64,000 nucleotides of DNA from positions 1,344,001-1,408,000 of the forward strand of contig OZ241889.1 of assembly GCA_965203355.1 (NCBI GenBank). Direction: 5' to 3'. This document shows, piece by piece, positions 1-8,910 of this stretch. The notes beneath the pieces are model-generated. The model saw nothing but the letters and a program-made list of their open reading frames with translations, was not told where the DNA came from and searched no databases. Each line of letters starts with the position of its first letter. The first letter of the stretch is position 1. This stretch comes from Candidatus Latescibacterota bacterium (GTDB lineage: Bacteria; Latescibacterota; UBA2968; UBA8231). The position numbers were made by a program, and so were the translations under genes.

Positions 1-692
1 CCTAAGCGGAGGTGTGCCCGCCCCAAGCCAATCCGAGGGGCGACTGCTGTCGGTTGCAAAGTCACGGCCCGTGCGAGGAGTGTGGCGGCCTTTTCGCACT
101 GCCCCAACTTGAGGCAATACACATCGCCCAGCGCGGTGTACGCCAAGATGTATTTAGAGTCGCTGGCAATGGCCTGTTCCATAGCTGCTGCCGCTTCTTG
201 ATACGCCCCTTCTTGGCCGAAGGCCGCACCGATATTGTAGTGCGACGGGGCGTGGTCCGGCTCGCTTAAAAGGGCCTGTTGGTAGGCTTGGCGAGCTTGG
301 GCAAAACGCTGCTGCCGTAGATAGACGGCTCCCAGCCCCCGGTGCGCGTCTGCACAATCGTCGCATCCCTGCGCGGCTCGTTGGTATACTTGTACGGCTC
401 GCTCTAATTCGCCCATCCTAAACAGGATGTTGCCGATCCTCACTTGCGCTCTGGTGTGGGAGGAATCAAGTGCTTCGGCTTGGCGAAGAGACTGTAGGGC
501 CTCGGGGTAGCGCGCTTGTTCGCAGTACACTTCGCCGAGCGCGTAATGAGCCTCGGCGTCCGCTGGGTCTTCTGCGATCTGACGCTGCCAGCGGACCTCC
601 CGTGCGCCTAAGCTTTCTTCGGCGGGTGTACACCCGTAGAGCAGGGCTAGCAGGACGGCACACGCTCCGCCCCTCTTCCATTGGTTGCTCAT
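1..692 (-). CDS. TPR-repeat lipoprotein (3' end outside window)
   Basis: Manual translation from ATG 692 (overlaps the stop of the upstream gene) is open to the window edge: MSNQWKRGGACAVLLALLYGC (lipobox), TPR-like units AEAHYALGEVY, ADAHRGLGAVY, APSHYNIGAAF. Absent from the ORF track because there is no stop in the window. Confidence 0.85.
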   Translation of the reverse strand, partial: MSNQWKRGGACAVLLALLYGCTPAEESLGAREVRWQRQIAEDPADAEAHYALGEVYCEQARYPEALQSLRQAEALDSSHTRAQVRIGNILFRMGELERAVQVYQRAAQGCDDCADAHRGLGAVYLRQQRFAQARQAYQQALLSEPDHAPSHYNIGAAFGQEGAYQEAAAAMEQAIASDSKYILAYTALGDVYCLKLGQCEKAATLLARAVTLQPTAVAPRIGLGRAHLRL

Positions 693-2362
693 TCTTCCAC
701 TTGGTGGATCTGGTTGATGGGCATTTGTCCGAGCGTCTGTACGATGCCGCTGGGCCAGTAAATCTCGACGCGATCCACCCGTTCCCGCTGGCCCAAGCCC
801 AAGTACACCCGCAGATCGTTTTGCGAAAGATAGCTGCTGCCGCTGCGGACTTCCTCGACCTGCGCCAAATCTCCGCTTACCACCCGGATCACCGCCCCGA
901 TCCCATCTCGGTTGCTGACTCGGCCTACGGTCTTAAATGCGATCCAATTGTTGCGCTGGCCGTGGTCGTTGCGCAGCAAAAATGCTCGCTGGTTGTTGTT
1001 GGCGACAAAGGCATCTAGGTCTCCGTCGTTGTCGATGTCGGCAAACGCCGCGCCGCGCCCCACGCCGCGCAGGGTCGTAGTCGGCACCAGCGCAAACCGC
1101 CCGGTCCCGTCGTTGGCAAAGAGTTGGTCCGACTGTGGATAAGACGCGGCTTGGTCGAACGACTGTACTTGTGGATGGACGTGGCCGTTGGCCAGATAGA
1201 GGTCTAGGTCTCCGTCGTTGTCGTAGTCGAGAAAATCCGTGCCAAAAGTCAAGGTCGCAAGCGTAGGCTCGCCCAACCCCGACGGGAAGCTCAGGTCGGC
1301 AAATGCGCCGTCGCCCTCGTTGCGATAGAGGCGGCAGCTTTCCCACTGGAAGTTGCATACCACGAGATCCAAGTCGCCGTCCCGGTCGCAGTCGCCAAAG
1401 TCCGTACCCATGCCGGCCTCGGGGCGCGCACTCTCGCTGAGTGCCACCCCCGCGCTCAATCCCACTTCGGCGAACCGCGCTGCGCCGTCGTTGCGGAAGA
1501 GAAAGTTGGCCTTCATGTCGTTGGCCACATACAGATCCGCGTCCCCGTCCCCATCGTAGTCGCCAAAGACCACGCCTAATTGGCGACCAGCTTCGCTATA
1601 CACGCCGGCTGGCCGGGTAATATCGGCGAACTTCCCGCCCCGATCGTTGCGAAATAGAGTGCCGGATTCTCCTTTGTATTGGGTGGGGGCACAATAGACT
1701 GGGATCGCCCCTTGGCGACATCCTTTGTCGTGCGCTAGGTCAACGGAGACATTGTTGGCCACATAGAGGTCCAGATCGCCATCGTTGTCAATGTCGGCAA
1801 ACGCCGCGCTAGTGCTCAGGCGAGGGTCGTCGACTCCGGCGTCGGCTGTCTGATCGGCAAAGGTGCCGTCGCCCTGATTGCGATACAGGATGTTGGGACC
1901 GAAGTTCGTCACGTATAAGTCCACGTGTCCGTCGTTGTCGATATCCCCGACGCAACTGCCCATGCCATAGCCCGGATGGCCTGTCCGCGTTTGCACCGTC
2001 GCATCGGCGAAGGAGCCGTCGCCCTGGTTGCGATAGAACGCGTTGGTCGGGACGGCTTCGGCGACAAAACCCGGCAGCGGCGCGCTATTGACCGCATAGA
2101 GGTCTTGGTCGCCGTCGTTGTCGTAGTCGAGGAAGGCCGCGCCCGATCCATAGGTTTCCACATAGTAGTAGCGTCCGCTCGCCCCATTCTGGTGGTGGAA
2201 GTCAATGCCCGCCTCCTGCGCCACTTCTACAAACGCCGGTTCGACTTCCGGGTCTGCTGGTCCGCATCCCGCGCTGCCCTCGACGAGCAGCACCCACAAA
2301 GACAAAAACGCGGCCACGGACCTGTAGGAAGCTGGGGAATTGGGGCGCGCGTGGGATGGCAT
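689..2362 (-). CDS. CRTAC1-family protein (FG-GAP repeats + ASPIC/UnbV domain)
   Basis: Repeated DYDNDGDLDLY / DIDNDGDLD motifs; C-terminal SNRDGIGA...GSSYLSQND...LGLG...VEIYWPSG. Confidence 0.92.
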   Translation of the reverse strand: MPSHARPNSPASYRSVAAFLSLWVLLVEGSAGCGPADPEVEPAFVEVAQEAGIDFHHQNGASGRYYYVETYGSGAAFLDYDNDGDQDLYAVNSAPLPGFVAEAVPTNAFYRNQGDGSFADATVQTRTGHPGYGMGSCVGDIDNDGHVDLYVTNFGPNILYRNQGDGTFADQTADAGVDDPRLSTSAAFADIDNDGDLDLYVANNVSVDLAHDKGCRQGAIPVYCAPTQYKGESGTLFRNDRGGKFADITRPAGVYSEAGRQLGVVFGDYDGDGDADLYVANDMKANFLFRNDGAARFAEVGLSAGVALSESARPEAGMGTDFGDCDRDGDLDLVVCNFQWESCRLYRNEGDGAFADLSFPSGLGEPTLATLTFGTDFLDYDNDGDLDLYLANGHVHPQVQSFDQAASYPQSDQLFANDGTGRFALVPTTTLRGVGRGAAFADIDNDGDLDAFVANNNQRAFLLRNDHGQRNNWIAFKTVGRVSNRDGIGAVIRVVSGDLAQVEEVRSGSSYLSQNDLRVYLGLGQRERVDRVEIYWPSGIVQTLGQMPINQIHQVEE

Positions 2363-2365
2363 GGA

Positions 2366-4033
2366 CTAGTGGGGGCTGGCGTCTAGTTTGCTCAACTGCT
2401 CCTCAAATACCACGACTCTATCGGCATATTGATCTCTAAGACGAGTGAATAAGGAGTCGAAGAGGGTCTTTTCTTGCTGCTTCTGCACCCACCACCGCGC
2501 TCGCGAAGCCGCCTGGGCAAAAGGCGTGGGACGGGGGGGAATGCGTTCCCGCACCTCAAAGATCGAATAGCCCTCGTCGAGAGCCACCGGGCCGGTGAGC
2601 ACTCCCACCGGCGCGGCGACCACCGAATCGTAGAGAGCACCGAAAACCCGCCGCTCGGACGGGTGATTGTGGATGTGGTATTGCCCGGCCTCGGCATCCG
2701 TGCGGAGCGTGTAACGGTCGGCCAGCGTTTCTAGGCGTTCGCCAGCGCGGATCCGCTGCAAGAGTTGTTCCGCCTCAGCACGGGTCGCCACTAGCACCTC
2801 GGCCACCCGAATCTCTTCTAGTTCCATGAACATTTGCGGATGGTCGTCGTAGTACTGGCGGGCCTTGATGCTATCAACTTCGGTTCGCTGCACGACCGCT
2901 TCTCTGCGGAGGGCTTCGAGCAGCAGCGATTTTTTTTTGTTCTGCAACCAAGCAGCTATGGTCGAATCTTGGTCTAAGCCTTCTTGCAACGCCGCTTGAT
3001 AGACCAAGACCCGCGGCAAGAGGTCCCGGTGGACGAATTCGGCAATCCCGCTGCTGTCGAAGGAGACCGAACGGATGAACCAGTAGGCGTTATAGGTTTC
3101 GGCGAAATCTCGCAGCGTTACCTGTCCGCCTTTGAAGCGGCAGAGGATTACTTCCTGCTCTTCGGGATCCAACAGCATCCCTCGGCCGGCGGATTCGGCC
3201 ATCCTATTGACTAACAACCGGATCGCCTCCCCGTCCAGTCGTGCATTCAGTCGGTCTTTGAGCTGGGCGGTCAGCTCCTTCCAGCGGGTGCGGAACTCCT
3301 TCCAGTACTGCTCGCGCAAGAAGGCCGCTCGGTAGTGTGTAGGGGCCGGGCCTTGGGACAGCACCTTGAAAATCTCGTAGTGTTCCCCCACGATTAAAGG
3401 CTGGCTCAAGTCCCCGACCTGTAGGTTGAATACCTGCTCCCCCACTTCTATGGGCAGGCCCATCTCCTCCAAGTTGCCGCGTCCGTACCAAGCATCGAGC
3501 ACCCCGCCGTGGGCGGCTGTCGGCGAGAGAGAACGCCTGCGGGCTACCTCGGCAAAGTCCTGCCCTTGCTCCAAGTCGCGCATGGCCTTTTGGGCTTCGG
3601 CCTCGCTCGCGGTGCGGATATGGGCCAAGCGCAGCATCCGATTCCACTTGCTCGTCGCAAAATCCTGACGCATGCCTTCTACTGCAATATCTACATCCGC
3701 GAGGATGGTCCGCACGGCGTACTCATCGACCAATTTCTTGCGCCGTTCCCGCTCCCATTGGCGCACAAACTCCACTGTTTGATCTAGCTGCCGCTCGTGC
3801 GCGTTGATGAGCATCAGCTTCATGTCGATCATCGTCTGCAAGTAGAAGTGCCACGCCGGCCCATCTTCGGGGTTGCGGTAGTTGGCGGTCGATTCTTCGC
3901 GAAACTGGCGCAGGTCTGCGAGTTCGATTTTTTCGTCGCCTACTAGCGCGACCACATCGCCATTCGCTCGTGGCCCGCAGCCACTCCACCACAGGGCTGC
4001 GAGTACGACGCCCACAACGGCCCGCACGAGCAT
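2366..4033 (-). CDS. Parvulin-type peptidyl-prolyl isomerase/foldase lipoprotein, two rotamase-like domains
   Basis: Lipobox WWSGC; LAHIRTASEAEAQKA...DFAEVARRRS...GGVL; second domain EVLVATRAEAEQLLQRIRAGERLETLADRY. Confidence 0.8.
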   Translation of the reverse strand: MLVRAVVGVVLAALWWSGCGPRANGDVVALVGDEKIELADLRQFREESTANYRNPEDGPAWHFYLQTMIDMKLMLINAHERQLDQTVEFVRQWERERRKKLVDEYAVRTILADVDIAVEGMRQDFATSKWNRMLRLAHIRTASEAEAQKAMRDLEQGQDFAEVARRRSLSPTAAHGGVLDAWYGRGNLEEMGLPIEVGEQVFNLQVGDLSQPLIVGEHYEIFKVLSQGPAPTHYRAAFLREQYWKEFRTRWKELTAQLKDRLNARLDGEAIRLLVNRMAESAGRGMLLDPEEQEVILCRFKGGQVTLRDFAETYNAYWFIRSVSFDSSGIAEFVHRDLLPRVLVYQAALQEGLDQDSTIAAWLQNKKKSLLLEALRREAVVQRTEVDSIKARQYYDDHPQMFMELEEIRVAEVLVATRAEAEQLLQRIRAGERLETLADRYTLRTDAEAGQYHIHNHPSERRVFGALYDSVVAAPVGVLTGPVALDEGYSIFEVRERIPPRPTPFAQAASRARWWVQKQQEKTLFDSLFTRLRDQYADRVVVFEEQLSKLDASPH

Positions 4034-4035
4034 CT

Positions 4036-4809
4036 TTAGAGTTCCCCAGCGCGGCGGTGCTTGGCCAAGTACACTTCGCGCGTAAATGGATAGGCAATGT
4101 CTATGGTCTCCACCGGCTGATCTCGGTAGTCGAAGCGCAGCACCATCTCCGCGATCCGCACTTCAAACGCTTCGACATCGTTAGCCAGTGGGGCGAAGGC
4201 GATAAAACCTTCGCGCTCTTGGCCGCTGAAGATCATCTCGTCTTCGGGGTACAAGGTACGGAGCAGCAGGTCTCGACGCTCGCGGAAGGGGAGGAAGGTG
4301 TTGCCCGCATAGCCTATGGCATAAGGGGCGAAATACTCGTCTAGTGCCAGCCGAGTGAAGGCTTGATAATGCCGACCATTGGCGCTGGCGATCTCTGTGG
4401 CGTAAGGATTGAGCCACACCTTGGGGTACGCGTAGTTTTTGACCTTGAGCAGAAAGACCGTAAAGCGGGTCGGATGCTCCTCTGCCCAGCCCGGCTTCCA
4501 GTCGCCATAGGTGTAGGGATTGACCGGCGCGAGATAGGGGTTGGGATCGTGAAAGCCCTCTGGCCGCTGCGAGTGGCTGCTTAGCTGTCGGTTGAGCATG
4601 GCCACAGTCAGCGGCAACAGGCTTACCTCCAAGCGGTTTTTGACGAAGGTGATGCTGTGGTCGTCGCGGACGACGAAATCCGCAGACGACAAATCTGCGG
4701 CCGGCAATATGGGGCCGGCAAAGTGGCGATAGCCCAATTTGTGCCCACAGCCTGCGGCGAGCAGCGCGGCGCACAGCAAGGTGGATACGCGGTGAGACGA
4801 TATAGACAT
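4036..4809 (-). CDS. Hypothetical lipoprotein
   Basis: Lipobox LLAAGC; 2-nt gap to the next gene; start chosen at MSISSH. Confidence 0.7.
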   Translation of the reverse strand: MSISSHRVSTLLCAALLAAGCGHKLGYRHFAGPILPAADLSSADFVVRDDHSITFVKNRLEVSLLPLTVAMLNRQLSSHSQRPEGFHDPNPYLAPVNPYTYGDWKPGWAEEHPTRFTVFLLKVKNYAYPKVWLNPYATEIASANGRHYQAFTRLALDEYFAPYAIGYAGNTFLPFRERRDLLLRTLYPEDEMIFSGQEREGFIAFAPLANDVEAFEVRIAEMVLRFDYRDQPVETIDIAYPFTREVYLAKHRRAGEL

Positions 4810-5114
4810 GGTTGGCTTTCTTGGTGAGATGCTACGCTGTCGCATGTTGATCAACTAAACCACACGCCTTTGTCTGGGCATCAATTGCCCTTGAAATGCT
4901 CTGCCGGCTACGCCTATCAAGGACTTCAATCTTTGCTTGCGGCGACAAACTTGTAAGAAGCGTTTTTAAGATTCCTCTTATTGCCCTTTAAGTCAAAAAA
5001 GAACCTAGTAGCAATGGAGTCTCGCCCTCGGAAAACGCCCGATCTGGGAGCCTCTCGATTGCCTTTGCAGCGGTCGACGAGAGTTTTAAAAACGCTGCTT
5101 AGCCACCCCTGCGT

Positions 5115-7121
5115 CTAGTACACCACAGCCACCGGCTGTAAGCGCACCTCGAGCCCTTTGTCCGTTTCCACTTCCACGCGCACCAGATACACGCCTGGGC
5201 GAACCAGTTGCCCGGCCGCGTCCCGGCCATCCCAGCAAACCGTATGGCGTCCTGCACCCTGCACATTGGGCGGTGCTTGCCACGCGGATCGCCCGTCGAG
5301 TCCATACACGCCGACTTGCACTTGGGACGCTTCCCGCACCCGGAAGAGGGTGTATTGTATAGCCAACAGATCGTTTACGCCGTCGCCTTGGGGAGTAAAC
5401 GCGCCGCTGCCCGCTTCGACGTCTCCCAGCACCCCACCCGCGGAAGCGACAGATGCCACGACGAGCAACTGGTTGGAGCCTAGTTCCGCGCTGACGTCGC
5501 CCCCTTCGATGCGCTGCAACAAGCTCGGCTCGCGGCGGTTGAAGACCTCACCGCCAAATTCGTCGGCCTCGCCGTACAACACGGCATTGAGGCCGATGCG
5601 CAACCGCTGGTCGCCGCTTGGGTGCAAAGGGCGCGGCAAGAATACCACAAAGCCGCTTTCTTCGCGCAGCAGGCTATCCGGCTCTACGGTGCTGAGTGGG
5701 TCGCCCATTTCCAGATAGCGAAATGTGGCTTCCGCTGGGGCCGAGATGCGCACGGCATCGCAGCCGATGCGGTCCGCGCTGGCAAACTCCGCGCCTAGGT
5801 CGTACGTGAATGGGATTTTCTCGCCCGCTGGTACGCGCACTTGCCCGCCTTCGGGGTGGGGTTCCTTCGCGACGACGATCTCGCCGATGACCCGGTCGGC
5901 TAGCAGAGGCGCGATCTCGATTTGCAGGGAATCAAGGCGGGCAAATTCCCACAGCGCGTCCGTTTCTAACCGGACGCGCACTTGGAAAAAGCGGCCCCAC
6001 GGCAGGCGCGGATGCTGCCCTGAGCCCTCCAACGGCAGCGACCAGAAGCTCCAGTTTTGCAGGTCTGCGGCCACCGGACCGCGAAAGCCGACCGCTATGG
6101 TCGCGCCGCGTGACTCTAAGGGTATCAGCCGGTCCCACTGCTTCTTGGTCACCTCTACGTGGGCACCCAGATCGTCAAAGCCAAAATAAGCCGTTGGGCT
6201 ATCGTCGCGCCCCGTGCGGATTTCCACTTGGGCGCGCCCCGGCCCGTCGGACGGCAGGAGTCGCTCCCCGTCCTTGCGCCATTTGCTTACCGCCAAGCGC
6301 ACCTGCCCGAAATTGACCTCCCGCCCCAAGTCTATGATCTGCGACTCATAGGTTGCCTGCGGAGCGAAACCCCGGCCGTAGATCTCCATCTCGGCAAAGG
6401 CCGAGCGCGTGACGATGGGGTCGCCGTACAGAGTAAACCCATCGGGCATGGCGATTAGGCGGAAGAAGCGGAGGTATTGGGTGGGAAACGCGATTTCGGT
6501 CACTGCGTCGGTATTGCGCTCCTCATAGGCAAGGGGGATGGCTAGCGGACAGCACGGCCCGTCGCCTCGCCAGACGAATCCGCGCTCTATTTCCTCTTGC
6601 ATGATGCCGGTCTCGGCTTTGGCGGCCGTCAGGCTGTAGGACTTGAGGATGTAATTGGGCCTGAAAGGCTCGTCGCTTTCGGGACTGATGCCTGCGGGAG
6701 GGAAAAAGACGAAGCGATCTACCGGCACTTGGGTGCCCAAGTCTATGGTATAGAAAATCTGCTGTTCGTCGCGTCGCTCCACGTACGTGGTCGAGTCTCC
6801 ATCGACGAAGAGAAAAATTTCCGTGGCCTTATGTAAGGTATTGTGGTTGATGTCCGTCCAGAAGCGCGGATGTCCGGAGCGGAATTGCGGGTCGGTGGGA
6901 AAGCGCCAACGCTGCCAAGGGCCGAGCTGCGGCAAGATGTTTTCGCTCGGCTTGAGCTCAAAAGGCTGGAGTGCTTGGGCGGCGATAGCAGCGTCTATCA
7001 TCAGGCTGAAATCCGCCACATCCGCTGGCGAGACACCGCCCTGCCCGCCGAGTTGCCACCACTCTTGCGCCGCCCCCGGGCTGCTTATCAGCGCGGCACA
7101 TGCCAACATCGCCCATTGCAT
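5115..7121 (-). CDS. Secreted protein with C-terminal FlgD-Ig/CHU_C-like domain
   Basis: Signal peptide MQWAMLACAALISSPGAA; FTPQGDGVND and WDGRDAAGQLVRPGVYL motifs; paralogous to 13535 and 15495 genes. Confidence 0.8.
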   Translation of the reverse strand: MQWAMLACAALISSPGAAQEWWQLGGQGGVSPADVADFSLMIDAAIAAQALQPFELKPSENILPQLGPWQRWRFPTDPQFRSGHPRFWTDINHNTLHKATEIFLFVDGDSTTYVERRDEQQIFYTIDLGTQVPVDRFVFFPPAGISPESDEPFRPNYILKSYSLTAAKAETGIMQEEIERGFVWRGDGPCCPLAIPLAYEERNTDAVTEIAFPTQYLRFFRLIAMPDGFTLYGDPIVTRSAFAEMEIYGRGFAPQATYESQIIDLGREVNFGQVRLAVSKWRKDGERLLPSDGPGRAQVEIRTGRDDSPTAYFGFDDLGAHVEVTKKQWDRLIPLESRGATIAVGFRGPVAADLQNWSFWSLPLEGSGQHPRLPWGRFFQVRVRLETDALWEFARLDSLQIEIAPLLADRVIGEIVVAKEPHPEGGQVRVPAGEKIPFTYDLGAEFASADRIGCDAVRISAPAEATFRYLEMGDPLSTVEPDSLLREESGFVVFLPRPLHPSGDQRLRIGLNAVLYGEADEFGGEVFNRREPSLLQRIEGGDVSAELGSNQLLVVASVASAGGVLGDVEAGSGAFTPQGDGVNDLLAIQYTLFRVREASQVQVGVYGLDGRSAWQAPPNVQGAGRHTVCWDGRDAAGQLVRPGVYLVRVEVETDKGLEVRLQPVAVVY

Positions 7122-7253
7122 TCGACTTCTTCTCCGACGCGGGAAGGGGGAGCAGAAGCGGTTTCCTCCTTCCACGTCGGTTGGGGTTTTATCGCGTTTT
7201 TTGACTTCGGCCATTTTCGGCGGTTTCTCGATATTTTTAAGAGCCACTAGATC

Positions 7254-7379
7254 TCACATTCCCCACACCTCGATCACCATCCCACTATCCGACGCCCGGT
7301 GACAGTGGAATACCTTGTCGTCCCACCGCCGACCTGCGCGCTGGTCGAATATCACCAGATGCCCCGCTTCTGCTTCGTA
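7254..7379 (-). pseudogene. C-terminal remnant of an AAA-like ATP-binding protein ending 'VWGM'
   Basis: Manual translation YEAEAGHLVIFDQRAGRRWDDKVFHCHRASDSGMVIEVWGM*; matches my recollection of the family terminus (GHLVIFD...W.EK.F...VWGM); in-frame stop shortly upstream. Confidence 0.65.
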
Positions 7380-7460
7380 GTGATAAAAAAACGCATTGTG
7401 GTTCCCTAGGGAATTAATTAGCAACGGATGTTACGCCCAAGGCCCATATAGAATGAGCCT

Positions 7461-7529
7461 GTCATTCTGAGCGCAGCGGAGTCGAAGAATCTTCTATCCT
7501 CCATCCCTTGTGGGGTAAAAGATGCTTCG
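7461..7529. repeat. Degenerate REP-like palindromic element
   Basis: GTCATTCTGAGCGCAGCG...CGAAGAATCT pairs with AGATGCTTCG; outer right arm missing. Confidence 0.5.
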
Positions 7530-7576
7530 TCAGTGTGCCAAAAACACAAGGTAGGCGTAACATCATTAGTACAAAT

Positions 7577-7610
7577 AAAAAAAAGGGAGAAGGGCCTTTG
7601 GCCCCCTCCC
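7577..7610 (-). terminator. Rho-independent terminator
   Basis: GGGAGAAGGGCC-TTT-GGCCCCCTCCC hairpin followed by a T-run on the minus strand, just after the 7633 stop. Confidence 0.75.
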
Positions 7611-7632
7611 TCGAAGGTTGTGCCGTGCGTTG

Positions 7633-8544
7633 CTACTTGAGGCGTTGGGACATGCTGTTTTTGATGTGGCCCCAAGTGTCATTTTCCACGTTAGTCTCCG
7701 TCGCCGCCAGTGCCCAGAAGTCGGGCATCTGCGAAGCGTCGACGTCCTGCGACTGGCTGCCGTCGTTGATGTACATGGAGTGCTTGCGTCCTCCGCCGGG
7801 GCGGTCGGCATCGAGCGGGCGATAGCCGAGGTGGATCACGTCGTCCTCGGCGAACATGTGCCGTGTGCTCTCGGCCTCACTCAGGCCCCAGATGTCCCAC
7901 AGGGCACCCCGCCACTCATAAGTGTACGTAACCGGGCCAACCGTCAGGTTCTCGGCACCTGCTGGCAGGACGGTCCACGCGGCCTCGAAAAATTCCGGCT
8001 CCACCCCCCACAGCAACTCTTGGGAGTCAATGAATTCTAGCTGACTGTAGAAAAAGCAGGATTGGTTGGGCAACAGAGACTCGCCGGCTGGCGGGAAGAT
8101 GCGCACGTGCCAGCGCTGGCCATTGGCGATCTGTTCGAGGTCGGAACCGAGAATATTACCACCGAGGTGATCGGCGTCCACGGTTATCTGCAAGCAGTCG
8201 TCTTTCCACCACTCCTTGACGGGCGAGTCGTACTTGAGGGTATCATCGACAAAGCGCGCAAAGCCGTACCACTTGTTATCCGGCGGCGCGGACCAACCGT
8301 TGAGGATGGTGAAATCGTAGTCCGTCAACTCGACGAAATCGCTGGCTCGGTCGAAGAAATCGGGCTGATTGAGGGCGAGAGCGGGGTCGTACCAACCCCA
8401 GTCGTCGTCGTTGCCGTCAATGGTGATGGCCGCCGGGTCGGGCACTTGGGGATAGAACACGGTCACGCCTACGTGGGCAAAAGTGGCCGTACTCAACAGA
8501 TACGCCAGTCCAAAAGACAAGGCGAAAAAGCCGAATTTTCTCAT
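7633..8544 (-). CDS. Secreted CBM9/DOMON-like protein with C-terminal 'VE..TWG.IK' motif
   Basis: Signal peptide (ATFA/HVG); ITIDGNDDDW; DCLQITVDAD; ends ATETNVENDTWGHIKNSM; GGAG RBS. Confidence 0.7.
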   Translation of the reverse strand: MRKFGFFALSFGLAYLLSTATFAHVGVTVFYPQVPDPAAITIDGNDDDWGWYDPALALNQPDFFDRASDFVELTDYDFTILNGWSAPPDNKWYGFARFVDDTLKYDSPVKEWWKDDCLQITVDADHLGGNILGSDLEQIANGQRWHVRIFPPAGESLLPNQSCFFYSQLEFIDSQELLWGVEPEFFEAAWTVLPAGAENLTVGPVTYTYEWRGALWDIWGLSEAESTRHMFAEDDVIHLGYRPLDADRPGGGRKHSMYINDGSQSQDVDASQMPDFWALAATETNVENDTWGHIKNSMSQRLK

Positions 8545-8814
8545 TTGCTACTCTCCTTGATTGGAAGAGAAAAAACAAAAAAAGATGTGGAAATTGTCGT
8601 TCAACAAGAAGCTGTGCAACCTCCTTTCAAATTAAGTGATAATGCTGAAGTGATTTTACATTATAAATAAAAAAACACAGACAGGCGAAACAAATTTACA
8701 GCAAGGAAGGGCCATTCTTGCCGGCGCGACAGTGCGGTTCTGACTTGGTAGGCCGTGGGTACGGGGCGTATATTGTCAGCCGATGACACTCGCGGCCTAG
8801 GCGAGTTTTCGCTT

Positions 8815-8891
8815 AGTGGCCAGTGGTTAGTCTCCCCTCCGCCCTTGGCGCGGTGCGGGGACTGGTGACCGACCACTAACCACTGGCCACT
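8815..8891. repeat. 17-bp perfect inverted repeat built from heptamers
   Basis: AGTGGCCAGTGGTTAGT (8815-8831) / ACTAACCACTGGCCACT (8875-8891). Confidence 0.8.
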
Positions 8892-8910
8892 GATATATAG
8901 GAGATGGATC

